Shown here piece by piece: positions 1-9,395 of a stretch of 43,907 bases of DNA. The DNA lies in sequence record SRR20825010_2819; one strand, 5' to 3'. Numbering within the stretch: position 1 is the stretch's first letter; every line of letters starts with the position of its first letter. The notes below the pieces were generated by a model, which saw nothing but the letters and a program-made list of their open reading frames with translations, was not told the origin of the DNA and made no database searches. The translations under genes and the position numbers were made by a program.

Positions 1-321
1 GTTGTTGGTGATGGTGCCGGTCTGGTCGCCTACCATGAAGTAGTTGATCTTGCCGATAGTCTCGGAGCTGCTGTGCCACGCCTTGTGGGTAAAGTGCGTA
101 TCGGTGGATACGGAGAATACTTCCACACCCAGCTTCTGCAGCTCTTCATACTTGTCGGCAACGTCGCCCAGCTCGGTCGGGCATACGAAAGTGAAGTCGG
201 CCGGGTAGAAGAAGAAGACAGACCACTTACCTTTTACGTCGGCTTCAGAAATTTCAACGAACTCGCCGCCTTTAAAGGCGGTGGCGTTGAACGGTTTAAT
301 TTCGCTGTTAATCATACCCAT
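1..321 (-). CDS. ahpC: Alkyl hydroperoxide reductase C (2-Cys peroxiredoxin), 5' part; runs off the left edge
   Basis: Manual minus-strand translation from ATG at 321: [53 protein letters not shown]...; contains the [13 protein letters not shown] peroxidatic motif. Absent from the ORF track because it is truncated. Confidence 0.97.
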   Translation of the reverse strand, partial: MGMINSEIKPFNATAFKGGEFVEISEADVKGKWSVFFFYPADFTFVCPTELGDVADKYEELQKLGVEVFSVSTDTHFTHKAWHSSSETIGKINYFMVGDQTGTITNN

Positions 322-373
322 AGTAGATATCTCCCGTTGGTTGAGTTTAGGCATTGGCTAACTTGAGTTGGCT

Positions 374-439
374 AAAGTATTGATTTGATCAAAAACATTC
401 AAATTGATTGTTTTTAGCCGTTCGATAGGAAACCGCTAT
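374..439 (-). promoter_or_regulatory. OxyR-type site and sigma70 promoter of ahpC
   Basis: Minus strand reads ATAG-N7-CTAT-N7-CTAA-N7-CAAT (439-403), matching the OxyR four-tetramer pattern. It abuts TTGAAT-N17-TACTTT (402-374). Confidence 0.8.
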
Positions 440-468
440 TTTATTTTTGGGAAGGCTGCAGAGAAGGA

Positions 469-1575
469 CTAATCCGTGTTATCGGGCTCGAAGGCGCCCT
501 TATGAAAATCGATGGCAGTGTCCACTTCTTCCATGCCGCAGACCCTTGGTTCCGCCAACGTGCCACCGGCCAGTGCCCGAAGCACTGCGTGCACGCCATG
601 AGACAATGATTCGGTATTGTAACCGCCCTCCAGCACCATGACCAGCCGGCCGTTACAGTGCTTGTCCGCAATTTCCTGCACAATGCCCGTCATGGCTGAG
701 AAGCCTTCGTAGGACACATTGAGCGCCAGGTCGTACCAATGGGCATCAAAGCCGGCGGAAACCAGTACCAGGTCCGGTTTGAAGTAGTCTGCGGCGGGTA
801 CCAGTATCTCCCGCAGCGCTTTCAGGTAAGCGACATCGCCCGCGCCACCGGGCATGGGCACGTTAATGGTGGTGCCCTCGCCCAGGCCGGCGCCTACGTC
901 GGTTAACGCGCCACTGCCTGGGTAAAACGGTGCGGCCCGGTGAATATCAAAAAACATGGTGTCCGGATCCGCCCAGAAGATGTCCTGGGTACCATTGCCA
1001 TGGTGGGCGTCCCAGTCGACGATCAATACCCGTTCACAGCCCAGCTCCGCCTGCGCGTGTGCAGCCGCAACGGCAACATTATTGAAGAGGCAGAACCCCC
1101 TTGCGCGTACTGGCTCAGCATGGTGACCAGGCGGCCTGACCATTGCGAAGGCGCTGTTCGTTCGGCCCTCAACCACCGCTTCCACGGCTGCGATGGCCGT
1201 GCCTGCAGCCACTTCGGCAGCTTCAACACTGCCCGGTGAAACGGCTGTGGTATCCACATCCAGCCACGCACTTTCGTCCCGCAATGAGAATATGTCGTCC
1301 AGGAACGAAGTCGTATGAACCCGGCTCAACTGATCCGGCGTTGCCGCCTTACCAGGCTCGATCCGGACACCGGGAACGGGATCACGGGCGAGCAAGTCCA
1401 TGATCGCGGTAATACGGCCTGGATGCTCGGGGTACTTCCACTGCACATTGAGGCCTGAAAGAATGGAACGTACCCGTTTGTCCAGGCGGCCGGGCAGGAA
1501 ATCCATGTTGGTATCGGGGTGATGGGCCAATACCCGTTCATCGTAAAAGACCGTGACGTCCCGTTGTTGTGCCAA
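469..1575 (-). CDS. Zn-dependent histone deacetylase family protein (class II HDAC / acetylpolyamine amidohydrolase-like)
   Basis: Motifs HPEHPGR, RPPGHHA, GFCLFNN, DWDAHHGNGTQ, SAGFDAH and LEGGY are all present; TTG start preceded by GAGGAG. Confidence 0.93.
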   Translation of the reverse strand: MAQQRDVTVFYDERVLAHHPDTNMDFLPGRLDKRVRSILSGLNVQWKYPEHPGRITAIMDLLARDPVPGVRIEPGKAATPDQLSRVHTTSFLDDIFSLRDESAWLDVDTTAVSPGSVEAAEVAAGTAIAAVEAVVEGRTNSAFAMVRPPGHHAEPVRARGFCLFNNVAVAAAHAQAELGCERVLIVDWDAHHGNGTQDIFWADPDTMFFDIHRAAPFYPGSGALTDVGAGLGEGTTINVPMPGGAGDVAYLKALREILVPAADYFKPDLVLVSAGFDAHWYDLALNVSYEGFSAMTGIVQEIADKHCNGRLVMVLEGGYNTESLSHGVHAVLRALAGGTLAEPRVCGMEEVDTAIDFHKGAFEPDNTD

Positions 1576-1641
1576 GGCGATGCTCTCCTCTGCCGGGCCT
1601 TAGCTCAAGCATAGTCTTCTCAGGGCAAATCACAACGTTGC

Positions 1642-2391
1642 TCACAACCGCCAACGCGTCGGATTCGAGTGTTTGAGCACTCCGGCATCGTCCCAGTCAT
1701 TCCAGCCAGTAAAGGGAATTGGCGCGTCCTGTTCAATCCCCGACAACCGGTGCGCCCACTGGTCTTTCAGTGCCTCCAGATGGTCCCGGAACGCGCCTTC
1801 CTCCTGATAGCGGATGCCGCCACCCTGCACCCCATAGCTTATGTGCGGTGCCAGCACGTCATAGCCCACGTAATACAGTGAAGAATGAACCGGCCACAGC
1901 CATTCCACCATATTGCCGGCGCGGCCAAATGGCATGAACGCCTGCTCCGGCGAACCTGTGGTCACGGAACACATCGCCTGTTTACCGCGAAAATAGCCAC
2001 GATCATAGCGCATGCTTCCCGAGTAAAGTCCGCCATAGACCAACACACGATCAAACCAGCCCTTCAATATGGCGGGTTGAGAATGCCACCATAGCGGAAA
2101 CTGGAAAATCACCAGATCGGCCCAATTCAGCCTGGCTATCTCACGCTGCACGTCTTGAGGTAATGCATTGGCATCATAGTGAGCCCGCTGCTCCGTCAGC
2201 GGAGCAAAATAGCACTCATCCTGACGCTTGCCATACCACGACGAACGCTCCACCGGATCAAAACCTTCCCCATAGAGATCGTCTATTTCTACCTCGTGCC
2301 CCGCCAGATTCAGGGTTTCCGTAGCCACATCCACCAAACCCCCACTGAATGACCGCCTTTCCGGGTGGGCCAGTACAATCAGTACCTTCAT
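1642..2391 (-). CDS. NAD(P)H:quinone oxidoreductase, flavodoxin-like fold (NQO/MdaB family)
   Basis: MKVLIVLAHPE...DLY, ADLVIFQFPLWWHSQPAILKGWFDRV, SVTTG; AGGAG RBS. Confidence 0.9.
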   Translation of the reverse strand: MKVLIVLAHPERRSFSGGLVDVATETLNLAGHEVEIDDLYGEGFDPVERSSWYGKRQDECYFAPLTEQRAHYDANALPQDVQREIARLNWADLVIFQFPLWWHSQPAILKGWFDRVLVYGGLYSGSMRYDRGYFRGKQAMCSVTTGSPEQAFMPFGRAGNMVEWLWPVHSSLYYVGYDVLAPHISYGVQGGGIRYQEEGAFRDHLEALKDQWAHRLSGIEQDAPIPFTGWNDWDDAGVLKHSNPTRWRL

Positions 2392-2676
2392 GTCTGAATT
2401 CTCCTTCGTGTTTCAGTGAATTCAGACTACCCCTTTCAAAAACGAACAGATATTCCACAAATGTGATAGCTGTATTTGCATGAATGAACAGAACCTTCAG
2501 TGGAGAATCAACAGACTGGGGTTTCCCCAATGAGACATCTATCAAGTTAATGCCGCGGATGATTAACTATCCTTAATCAATTAACATCATACCGTGCACG
2601 ACGCACGTGATGTGTGTGAAGAACGCCTGATCCGCGTTCAGTATCGTTGTCCAGTCACTTAAACAGGGAACGTTGT

Positions 2677-5600
2677 ATGCGACATTCTCCAAAGGCGCTG
2701 AAAGCGTTCTTTCTGGTGTGTTTTTGCTTTTTTTCGACCGTTTCTCACGCTGCGCTGGTTGATATCGACCAGGACGATGGTGTGATTTATTTCACTTTCG
2801 CTGCCCCGAATAAAGTCGTCCGCTACGACATGGTGTCGCAATCCATGTTGTCGGATATTCCCCTCAATAACGTACCAACAGCCGCAGAAATTCAGGGTAA
2901 CAATCTGTATGTGGCCTATCGGCGCAGTGCCTACGCAATAGATCTCGATTCGCAGACACCGACTTTCATTGCCAACACCGGCGAAGACATGACGGCACTC
3001 CATGCGGTAGGAAACGCCCTTTATCTGGTACAGGGTTTCAACCGGGTCATGGCTCGGAACCTGTCAGATTACACACTCATAGAAGAAAAAACGGTTTTCT
3101 ACAGGGGGACCGGATCTGTGGGATCACCAGCACAGTCAGCGCTGTACTATCGGTCAGACGGCACTTCACCGTCCGATATTGTTAAAATCCCACTCAATGC
3201 GGATGGCACAATGGGGAGCGATATGGACAGCCCCGCCCACGGAGATTATCCCAGTGCCAGTCAACTTTACCTGTTCCCGGATGAAAGTCGCGTACTCGAC
3301 AATCAGGGCATCCTTTATTTCGCCAACGACCTGACCTACGCCGGCAGCCTTGCTGGCGCGTTTGACGATATGACTTTCTGGCAGGGCGACCTGCTGGTGC
3401 TCCGTGGCAATACCGTTCATCAATACAACAACGCCATGCTGGAAGTGGCTCAGATGGGCCTCAACCAGCAACCTCTGAAAATTGCCAGCTACGGTGACGC
3501 TGTCTTTGCTTTCTACGAGAACAGCAGTCAGATCGGTGTTGAAGTATTGGACCTCGACAGTCTTGCCACGCCATCACCAGGCGAGCCCCCCAATCCGGAA
3601 ACTTCGGATTTCATCCCGGATTTCATCGAGTTCGACAGCCAGGAAGGCCTGTTGTATCTGGCCGACCGGGAGACACTGGCCATTCACATCTGGTCGGCGG
3701 AAACGCAAACCTATGTTGACAGCATCGGCCTGCTGAACCCACCCACGTGGATGACGTATTCCCCAGCCCATGGGCGACTTTACCTGGGCTACACTGGTGG
3801 AAAGATCAGCCAGATAGTCATGTCCACCGGGACACTTCAGGAAACTCCGTTCACCAACCTGCCACAAAGTGTTCTGGGTCTGGAATCCGCAGGCGATTAT
3901 CTCTTTGCGGTGGATGCCTCCGGTGCCTGGGAGCGGTTCTACAGCTTTGACGCATCCGGAACAATGGTGGACTCCGTTGAATGGCGGCACGCCAGCTCAG
4001 AATACCTATGGAATCCTGTCACCGAGCGTATCTATCACTTCCGGTCCGGAACATCGCCCAATGACATTGAATGGTCCGAGCTGAGCTCAACCACCGGGCT
4101 TTTGGGCAGCAAGGGCGACTCCCCCTATCACAGCAGCGGCTACGCAGCCGCACCTTTGCACTTCGACCCTGCAGGCCAATTGCTGCTGACCGGCGGAGGC
4201 AAGCTCCACGACGCCTATTCCCTCGCCGAACTCAACTATCTGTCCAATGAAATAACAGACGCCGCCTGGACGGGAGGTACCCTCCACACCATTGCAGCAG
4301 TTGATGGCAATGCCGTGCTGCAAACCTGGTCCGACAACTACGAGCTCCTTGAAGAGAACTCTATATTCGATGCCCTGGACACCCGTATTCTGGCCTATGG
4401 CGCCCACCTGGTGGCGATTGAAATGGCCGCAAGCGGGGGGCCTGACATCTCAGTACTCGATTTCACAGCGGACACTGACGACGACGGGCTGTTTGACCTC
4501 GAAGATAACTGCCCCAACACCGCCAATGCCAATCAAGACAATCATGATGGCGATGAGTTTGGCGACGCCTGTGACAATGATTCCGACAACGACGGCATCC
4601 CCGACACAGACGAACTCGCAGTGGGACTGGATCCCTTTGACAGTGCCGATGCCCAGGAAGACCTGGACGCAGACGGTTACAGCAATCTGAGCGAGTACCT
4701 CAACGGTACATCCATGATCGATGAAGAGGATTATCCTGCGGACACACCCTATCGCGAAGGATTTGAACTGGGTGTCGTACCCGACGATTTCAACGTTTCT
4801 GTTTCCAGCAACGCCGATTGGAGCGTTGACTCCCAGCAGGCCTCCGAAGGTCAGTTCAGCCTGCGTTCAGGCGCTATTGATGACAATCAGGAAAGCAGTA
4901 TCGAATGGGTCTTTGAAACGCCCTTGCCTGCGGGAACCCTGGAACTGGACTACCGCGAGTCAACAGAGCGCTGCTGCGATTACCTGCGGATATACACCAA
5001 TGGCAGCCAACAATTCTTTAGCCGAAGCCATTCCGGCTCTACCCCGGAGTGGCGTAGGGTGAGCATTTCGGTGCCTGCCGGTACCACCGTAATTCGATTC
5101 TCTTACGACAAGGACAGCTCCGTCTCCTCCTACGACGATGCCATCTGGATTGATAACCTGGCATTTACTGCAGGTGCTCATCCGGAGCCGGATCCAGACG
5201 ATCCCAACCGCGATTCCGATGGAGACGGCCTGCCAGACTCGCTGGAAGACCAGTATCTGGCGCTCGACCCATACAATCCCGATGATGCGTCCCAGGACTA
5301 TGACGGTGACGGCGCCACGAACGCCTCAGAAGTCGCCTCCGGTTACAATCCCGACGTTTCTGACGACTTTCCCACCCACAATACGATGGACTTTTTCCCC
5401 TTGGGGGACATCACCTGGGTTTTCTCCGACCCATCGGATGGCTACCAGTTCCGAAGCGAATCCATAAGCGGCGCAGGTATGTTCAAGTTCATTTTCCCAA
5501 ATGGCGATGACCGCCTGGTACGTCGTACTACTGGCGTCTATCTGCTTGAAAGCCGGTTTGTTGATTCGGAAGGAGATCGGATTCGAATCACCTACGGGGA

Positions 5601-6051
5601 TGGTCTGCTAATGATCCCCAGCTCGCTTGAGCTGGGCACGAATGTCACTTCACGTGCCACCCTCTCCAGCTACATCAATGGCCGGCAGGGCAATCAGGTC
5701 AATTTCACCACGACCATTGAATTGATTGAGGAGTCCACAACCAGCGTAGACGGCGAGCCGCGTGCCGTGTTGGTCACACTCAGACAAACCCGTATCACCA
5801 TGGATGGACAGCTTCTGGACAATACTTTTGAAATTGAGGCCTTTGCGGAGGGTGTGGGGCGGATCTACAGCTCCCTTGATCCGGACGCCGAGCTGTCGGC
5901 CTACAACGTCCAGCAAGTGGACAACTCCATTTCCTCCGGCTCGGCCTCTGACGACTCATCGTCAGGCGGTGGCGGCGGTAGCATGTCCTGGCCGTTATTG
6001 GCCCTGCTGTTTATGATGGGATGGGGTCGGCGCCGGTTCAGCACCAACTAG
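2677..6051 (+). CDS. Large secreted surface protein: duplicated beta-propeller-like N-region, TSP3-like DxDxDG Ca-binding repeats, beta-sandwich domain, C-terminal GlyGly-CTERM
   Basis: Signal peptide MRHSPKALKAFFLVCFCFFSTVSHA (ATG 2677; the ORF track starts at 2647). DTDDDG...DNCP...NQDNHDGDEFGDACDNDSDNDG repeats. Ends SSGGGGGSMSWPLLALLFMMGWGRRR. Confidence 0.85.
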   Translation: MRHSPKALKAFFLVCFCFFSTVSHAALVDIDQDDGVIYFTFAAPNKVVRYDMVSQSMLSDIPLNNVPTAAEIQGNNLYVAYRRSAYAIDLDSQTPTFIANTGEDMTALHAVGNALYLVQGFNRVMARNLSDYTLIEEKTVFYRGTGSVGSPAQSALYYRSDGTSPSDIVKIPLNADGTMGSDMDSPAHGDYPSASQLYLFPDESRVLDNQGILYFANDLTYAGSLAGAFDDMTFWQGDLLVLRGNTVHQYNNAMLEVAQMGLNQQPLKIASYGDAVFAFYENSSQIGVEVLDLDSLATPSPGEPPNPETSDFIPDFIEFDSQEGLLYLADRETLAIHIWSAETQTYVDSIGLLNPPTWMTYSPAHGRLYLGYTGGKISQIVMSTGTLQETPFTNLPQSVLGLESAGDYLFAVDASGAWERFYSFDASGTMVDSVEWRHASSEYLWNPVTERIYHFRSGTSPNDIEWSELSSTTGLLGSKGDSPYHSSGYAAAPLHFDPAGQLLLTGGGKLHDAYSLAELNYLSNEITDAAWTGGTLHTIAAVDGNAVLQTWSDNYELLEENSIFDALDTRILAYGAHLVAIEMAASGGPDISVLDFTADTDDDGLFDLEDNCPNTANANQDNHDGDEFGDACDNDSDNDGIPDTDELAVGLDPFDSADAQEDLDADGYSNLSEYLNGTSMIDEEDYPADTPYREGFELGVVPDDFNVSVSSNADWSVDSQQASEGQFSLRSGAIDDNQESSIEWVFETPLPAGTLELDYRESTERCCDYLRIYTNGSQQFFSRSHSGSTPEWRRVSISVPAGTTVIRFSYDKDSSVSSYDDAIWIDNLAFTAGAHPEPDPDDPNRDSDGDGLPDSLEDQYLALDPYNPDDASQDYDGDGATNASEVASGYNPDVSDDFPTHNTMDFFPLGDITWVFSDPSDGYQFRSESISGAGMFKFIFPNGDDRLVRRTTGVYLLESRFVDSEGDRIRITYGDGLLMIPSSLELGTNVTSRATLSSYINGRQGNQVNFTTTIELIEESTTSVDGEPRAVLVTLRQTRITMDGQLLDNTFEIEAFAEGVGRIYSSLDPDAELSAYNVQQVDNSISSGSASDDSSSGGGGGSMSWPLLALLFMMGWGRRRFSTN

Positions 6052-6063
6052 CCATCGCAAACA

Positions 6064-7953
6064 TCACTCGTCCGTTTTAGGAGGTGACCACAAGGGCACC
6101 TCCTCACGGCTGGGCGGTTCCCAGTCCTGCTGCATCACGTCACTCAGGGTGTCCTCCAGCTTCATGAACAGCTCACCATAACGGGGGCTAAAGCGGATAC
6201 CCTCTTCGATTTCCTTCCAAGCGTCGAACAGTTCGTCCTCGTGGGACTTCTCATTATTGATAAATGCCCAGGTCATCTGCCGCGACCGCAATGGGTGAAC
6301 GCCAAATGCGGTCAGTGCATGGCCACCCAGCTCCACCGCAGAATGGTAGGTTTCGCTCACGACGTCGTCAGCGCCGGCCTGGCGCAACTGATAGCCATGG
6401 CCCCGATCGAACGCCCGTGCCAGTACCCAGACGCCGGGGTAGTGTTGTTTTACATGGTGCACCAGGGCCACGGCTCTATCCCGGTCGTCAATCGCAACCA
6501 CGAGCAAGCGCGCGTGGGCGATGCCCGCCGTTTCCAGTAACCCCGTATGGCTGGCGTCACCGAAATAGCTTTTGATGTTGATACGTCGCAGGTTTTCGAT
6601 CTGATCCAGGGCCAGATCCAGCGCGACAATGGGAATCTTGTTGGCGCGCAACAACCGGCACACAATCTGGCCAAATCGTCCAACCCCGGCCACAATCACT
6701 GGCGCCTGCTCCTCGATCACATCGGCTTCCCGCTGCTCATTGCGGGCTTCACGATACCGCGGCAAGATCAGCCGGTCGTAGGCAATAAACAACAGCGGCG
6801 TCAGGAACATGGACAGTGCCACCACCAATCCCAGAAGCTGGGCGATGTCCGCCGGGATCACACTGTTCTGCATGCTGTAGGTCAGCAGCACGAAGCCGAA
6901 TTCGCCGGCCTGGGCCAGCCCGAGGGTGAACAGCCAGCCATCACGGCCCCGCAGCCCGAATAACAATGCCAGGAGCAGCAGAATTGCTGCCTTGACCAGG
7001 ATAACCACCAGCGCCAATGTGATCACTGTGCCCCATTGCGCCGCCAGCACCTCAAAGTTGATACCGGCACCCACCGTGATGAAAAACAATCCGAGCAGTA
7101 GCCCTTTGAAGGGCTCGATGTTGGCCACGAGTTCGTGACGGAACTCGCTGTTGGCCAGCACCACACCGGCGAGGAAAGCCCCGAGCGCCGGCGACAGATT
7201 GACAACGCTCATCAGCGCGGCAATACCGATCACCAGCATTAACGCGGTGGCCGTAAAAACCTCCCGCATACCGGACTGAACCACGTAACGAAACAGGGGC
7301 CGGCTCAGGTAATGACCGCCGACGATCACCGTAGTCACAGAGCCGATCACCACCAGGGCGTGAGCCCAGCCCGGTAGATGTGCCACCAGGCTGAAACCGC
7401 CCTGGTGCCCGGGGTCCGTCGCCCCAACGCCCGCCAACTCCGATATCGCCAGCAGGGGAATCACCGCCAGCATGGGAATGACCGCAATATCCTGGAACAA
7501 CAGCACCGAGAAAGCGCCCCGGCCCCCTTCGGTTTTGCTAAGCCCCTTCTCGTTCAGGGTCTGCAGCACAATGGCGGTGGAAGACAATGAGAAGATAAGG
7601 CCAACGGCGACGGTGGTCTGCCATTGCAGCCCCATCCACCAGGCAATCGCCATTCCGGCAGCGGAGGTGAGCACCACTTGCAGGCCGCCCAGGCCCAGCA
7701 AACGAATCCGCATGGCCCAGAGGGATTTCGGGTCCAGCTCCATGCCCACCAGAAACAGCATCATGACCACACCAAACTCGGCAAAATGCTGAATGGTTGC
7801 GGTTTCCTGGCCCACCAGCCCCGTCACCGGACCGATGACGACACCGGCCACCAGATACCCCAAAACCGACCCCAAACCCAGGCGCTTCGCCAATGGCACC
7901 GCCACAACAGCGGCGGTCAGATAGATAAACGCCTGGATAAAGTATTCGGTCAT
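6064..7953 (-). CDS. kefC: Glutathione-regulated K+/H+ antiporter, KefB/KefC (CPA2) family
   Basis: LGLGSVLGYL, HFAEFGVVMMLF, LLFQDIAVIP, SEFRHEL..IEPFKGLLLGLFF, and a C-terminal KTN domain (VAGVGRFGQ, YFGDAS). Confidence 0.9.
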   Translation of the reverse strand: MTEYFIQAFIYLTAAVVAVPLAKRLGLGSVLGYLVAGVVIGPVTGLVGQETATIQHFAEFGVVMMLFLVGMELDPKSLWAMRIRLLGLGGLQVVLTSAAGMAIAWWMGLQWQTTVAVGLIFSLSSTAIVLQTLNEKGLSKTEGGRGAFSVLLFQDIAVIPMLAVIPLLAISELAGVGATDPGHQGGFSLVAHLPGWAHALVVIGSVTTVIVGGHYLSRPLFRYVVQSGMREVFTATALMLVIGIAALMSVVNLSPALGAFLAGVVLANSEFRHELVANIEPFKGLLLGLFFITVGAGINFEVLAAQWGTVITLALVVILVKAAILLLLALLFGLRGRDGWLFTLGLAQAGEFGFVLLTYSMQNSVIPADIAQLLGLVVALSMFLTPLLFIAYDRLILPRYREARNEQREADVIEEQAPVIVAGVGRFGQIVCRLLRANKIPIVALDLALDQIENLRRINIKSYFGDASHTGLLETAGIAHARLLVVAIDDRDRAVALVHHVKQHYPGVWVLARAFDRGHGYQLRQAGADDVVSETYHSAVELGGHALTAFGVHPLRSRQMTWAFINNEKSHEDELFDAWKEIEEGIRFSPRYGELFMKLEDTLSDVMQQDWEPPSREEVPLWSPPKTDE

Positions 7954-8054
7954 TACGGCCCCATCAGGTCAGCGAAGGATAAACACCTTGATACTAGCTG
8001 GATTCCCCCGTGTTGCCATCCACCGGAACCGCAAACCGCTGGGACGCAGGACTG

Positions 8055-8780
8055 TTAATTACGCCTCCACTGCTGTTCAAGCAACGCACGCTCCTGGTTC
8101 GGCCCAACGGGGGGCGTGGCCATCATCCGGTCCAGTTCCTCGTCAAGCACACTGCCACCGCTCGCTGTCTGGTATACATCAGGTGCCAGGGAAGGCTCTG
8201 CTTCGGCAGTGGCCACCTGTTCCCAGGAACCCTCGCCAGTGCGACAGGCAATTTGCTCCGACGCGGACGTTTGCGTCTCCAGGCGGAACTGACGGCACCA
8301 TTGGCCGGCCTGGCTCTGGAACGTCAGTCTCGGCGTCAGGCTTGTCTGGTCATTAACCTGGTAAACCTCGCCACTGAGCTGGCTATCCAGAACGTTCGCT
8401 ACCGCGGGCGACATCGGATCGCCGTCCGTTGCTACCGTCAGCCATTGTGTCAGCGCCACCCCCGCGATGATAGCGGCGGCGATCGCTTTACCCGTGTGGC
8501 CGGGCAGCCTGCGCCACCACGGAAAAGTGACCACATTGTCCTGCGCGGGCGCAGCACTCCGGGAGGCCTTTTCCTCCAGCATTCGGGTAATTGATGCCGG
8601 CATGGGACGGTCATCGATCGAGCCGTAATGCGCCTGTAGTTCGGCATCCACGGACGCCATCTCGGCCAGTCGATCTGCCAGCGTTGGATCCTTCTCAATC
8701 TGGTCCCGAACCGCTTCCATTTCCGCGTCGGTCAGTTCGTTATCGAGGAAAGCCGACAGGGTTTCATCAGTCATCTTCAT
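8055..8780 (-). CDS. Transmembrane anti-sigma factor
   Basis: N-terminal DETLSAFLDNEL anti-sigma domain, one TM helix, and a periplasmic domain with a Cys pair (WCRQF...IACR); 4-nt ATGA overlap with the upstream ECF sigma. Confidence 0.85.
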   Translation of the reverse strand: MKMTDETLSAFLDNELTDAEMEAVRDQIEKDPTLADRLAEMASVDAELQAHYGSIDDRPMPASITRMLEEKASRSAAPAQDNVVTFPWWRRLPGHTGKAIAAAIIAGVALTQWLTVATDGDPMSPAVANVLDSQLSGEVYQVNDQTSLTPRLTFQSQAGQWCRQFRLETQTSASEQIACRTGEGSWEQVATAEAEPSLAPDVYQTASGGSVLDEELDRMMATPPVGPNQERALLEQQWRRN

Positions 8781-9268
8781 GAATCGGTCCTCATGGTTAC
8801 AGGCGCCAGGGCCTCGCTTAATGCCACCCTGGCTCGGGCCAGCCGGCTCATCACCGTACCCTTGGGCACTTCCAGAATCTCAGCCACGATTTTGTAGGGC
8901 ATGCCCTGGATTGCCACCAGGGAGATAATCTGGCGTTGGTCCTGTGGCAATCTTGCCATCGCAGCGTCCACTCGGTGCCATTCGATCTCTTTGGTGGTCT
9001 GGTGCTCGCCATTGATCACCTGGCCATCCGTCAACTCCGGATGTTCCGCGGCGTCCCGCCGAACCTTACGCGCGCGACACTCGTCTATCCAGACGTTACG
9101 GCAAACCCGGAATGCCCACTTGGTAAGGTCGGCGTCGTCCGGCATGTCCCGGGTCAACAAACGCTCCACCGTATTCTGTAGCAGGTCGTCGGCGTCTGAC
9201 AGGGAGCCGGTCAACGAGTAGGCGAATCGTCGGAGCCTTGGTAATAGTTCGGTGATTTCCTCTTTCAT
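8777..9268 (-). CDS. ECF RNA polymerase sigma factor
   Basis: Region 2 (LPRLRRFAYSL...DADDLLQ...W.FRVCRN.WID) and region 4 (LP..QR...GMPYK.VAEILEVPKGTVMSRLARAR). Confidence 0.95.
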   Translation of the reverse strand: MKEEITELLPRLRRFAYSLTGSLSDADDLLQNTVERLLTRDMPDDADLTKWAFRVCRNVWIDECRARKVRRDAAEHPELTDGQVINGEHQTTKEIEWHRVDAAMARLPQDQRQIISLVAIQGMPYKIVAEILEVPKGTVMSRLARARVALSEALAPVTMRTDS

Positions 9269-9299
9269 AGCCTTCCATTTCCAAAGGTGTTATCGGTAA

Positions 9300-9324
9300 A
9301 ACGGTCGTGAAACCGATTTATTCC
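9300..9324 (-). promoter_or_regulatory. ECF promoter for sigma/anti-sigma (autoregulatory)
   Basis: GGAATAAA-N13-CGTT on the minus strand, 31 nt upstream of the sigma ATG. Confidence 0.75.
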
Positions 9325-9333
9325 ATGAACGAA

Positions 9334-9358
9334 GGAATTTTTTTTCCGCCGGGCCGTT
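9334..9358 (+). promoter_or_regulatory. ECF promoter for the S8 protease
   Basis: GGAATTTT-N13-CGTT, back-to-back with the sigma promoter and with identical spacing. Confidence 0.7.
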
Positions 9359-9395
9359 GTATCGTATGACACACATCTTTAATCGGACGGGCACG

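Noticed and set aside
73-366. 97-aa plus-strand ORF
   Set aside because: It is the antisense shadow of ahpC, which is the real gene on the minus strand.
1642-2391. Quinone reductase as the KefF/KefG ancillary subunit of the nearby kefC
   Set aside because: Same fold, but at 249 aa it is longer than typical KefF/KefG, and it lies 3.7 kb downstream of kefC beyond an oppositely oriented gene rather than directly upstream.
4468-5370. DxDxDG-encoding repeats as a DNA repeat array or CRISPR
   Set aside because: The repeats are degenerate at DNA level, in frame within a CDS, and have no constant repeat-spacer period or cas genes.
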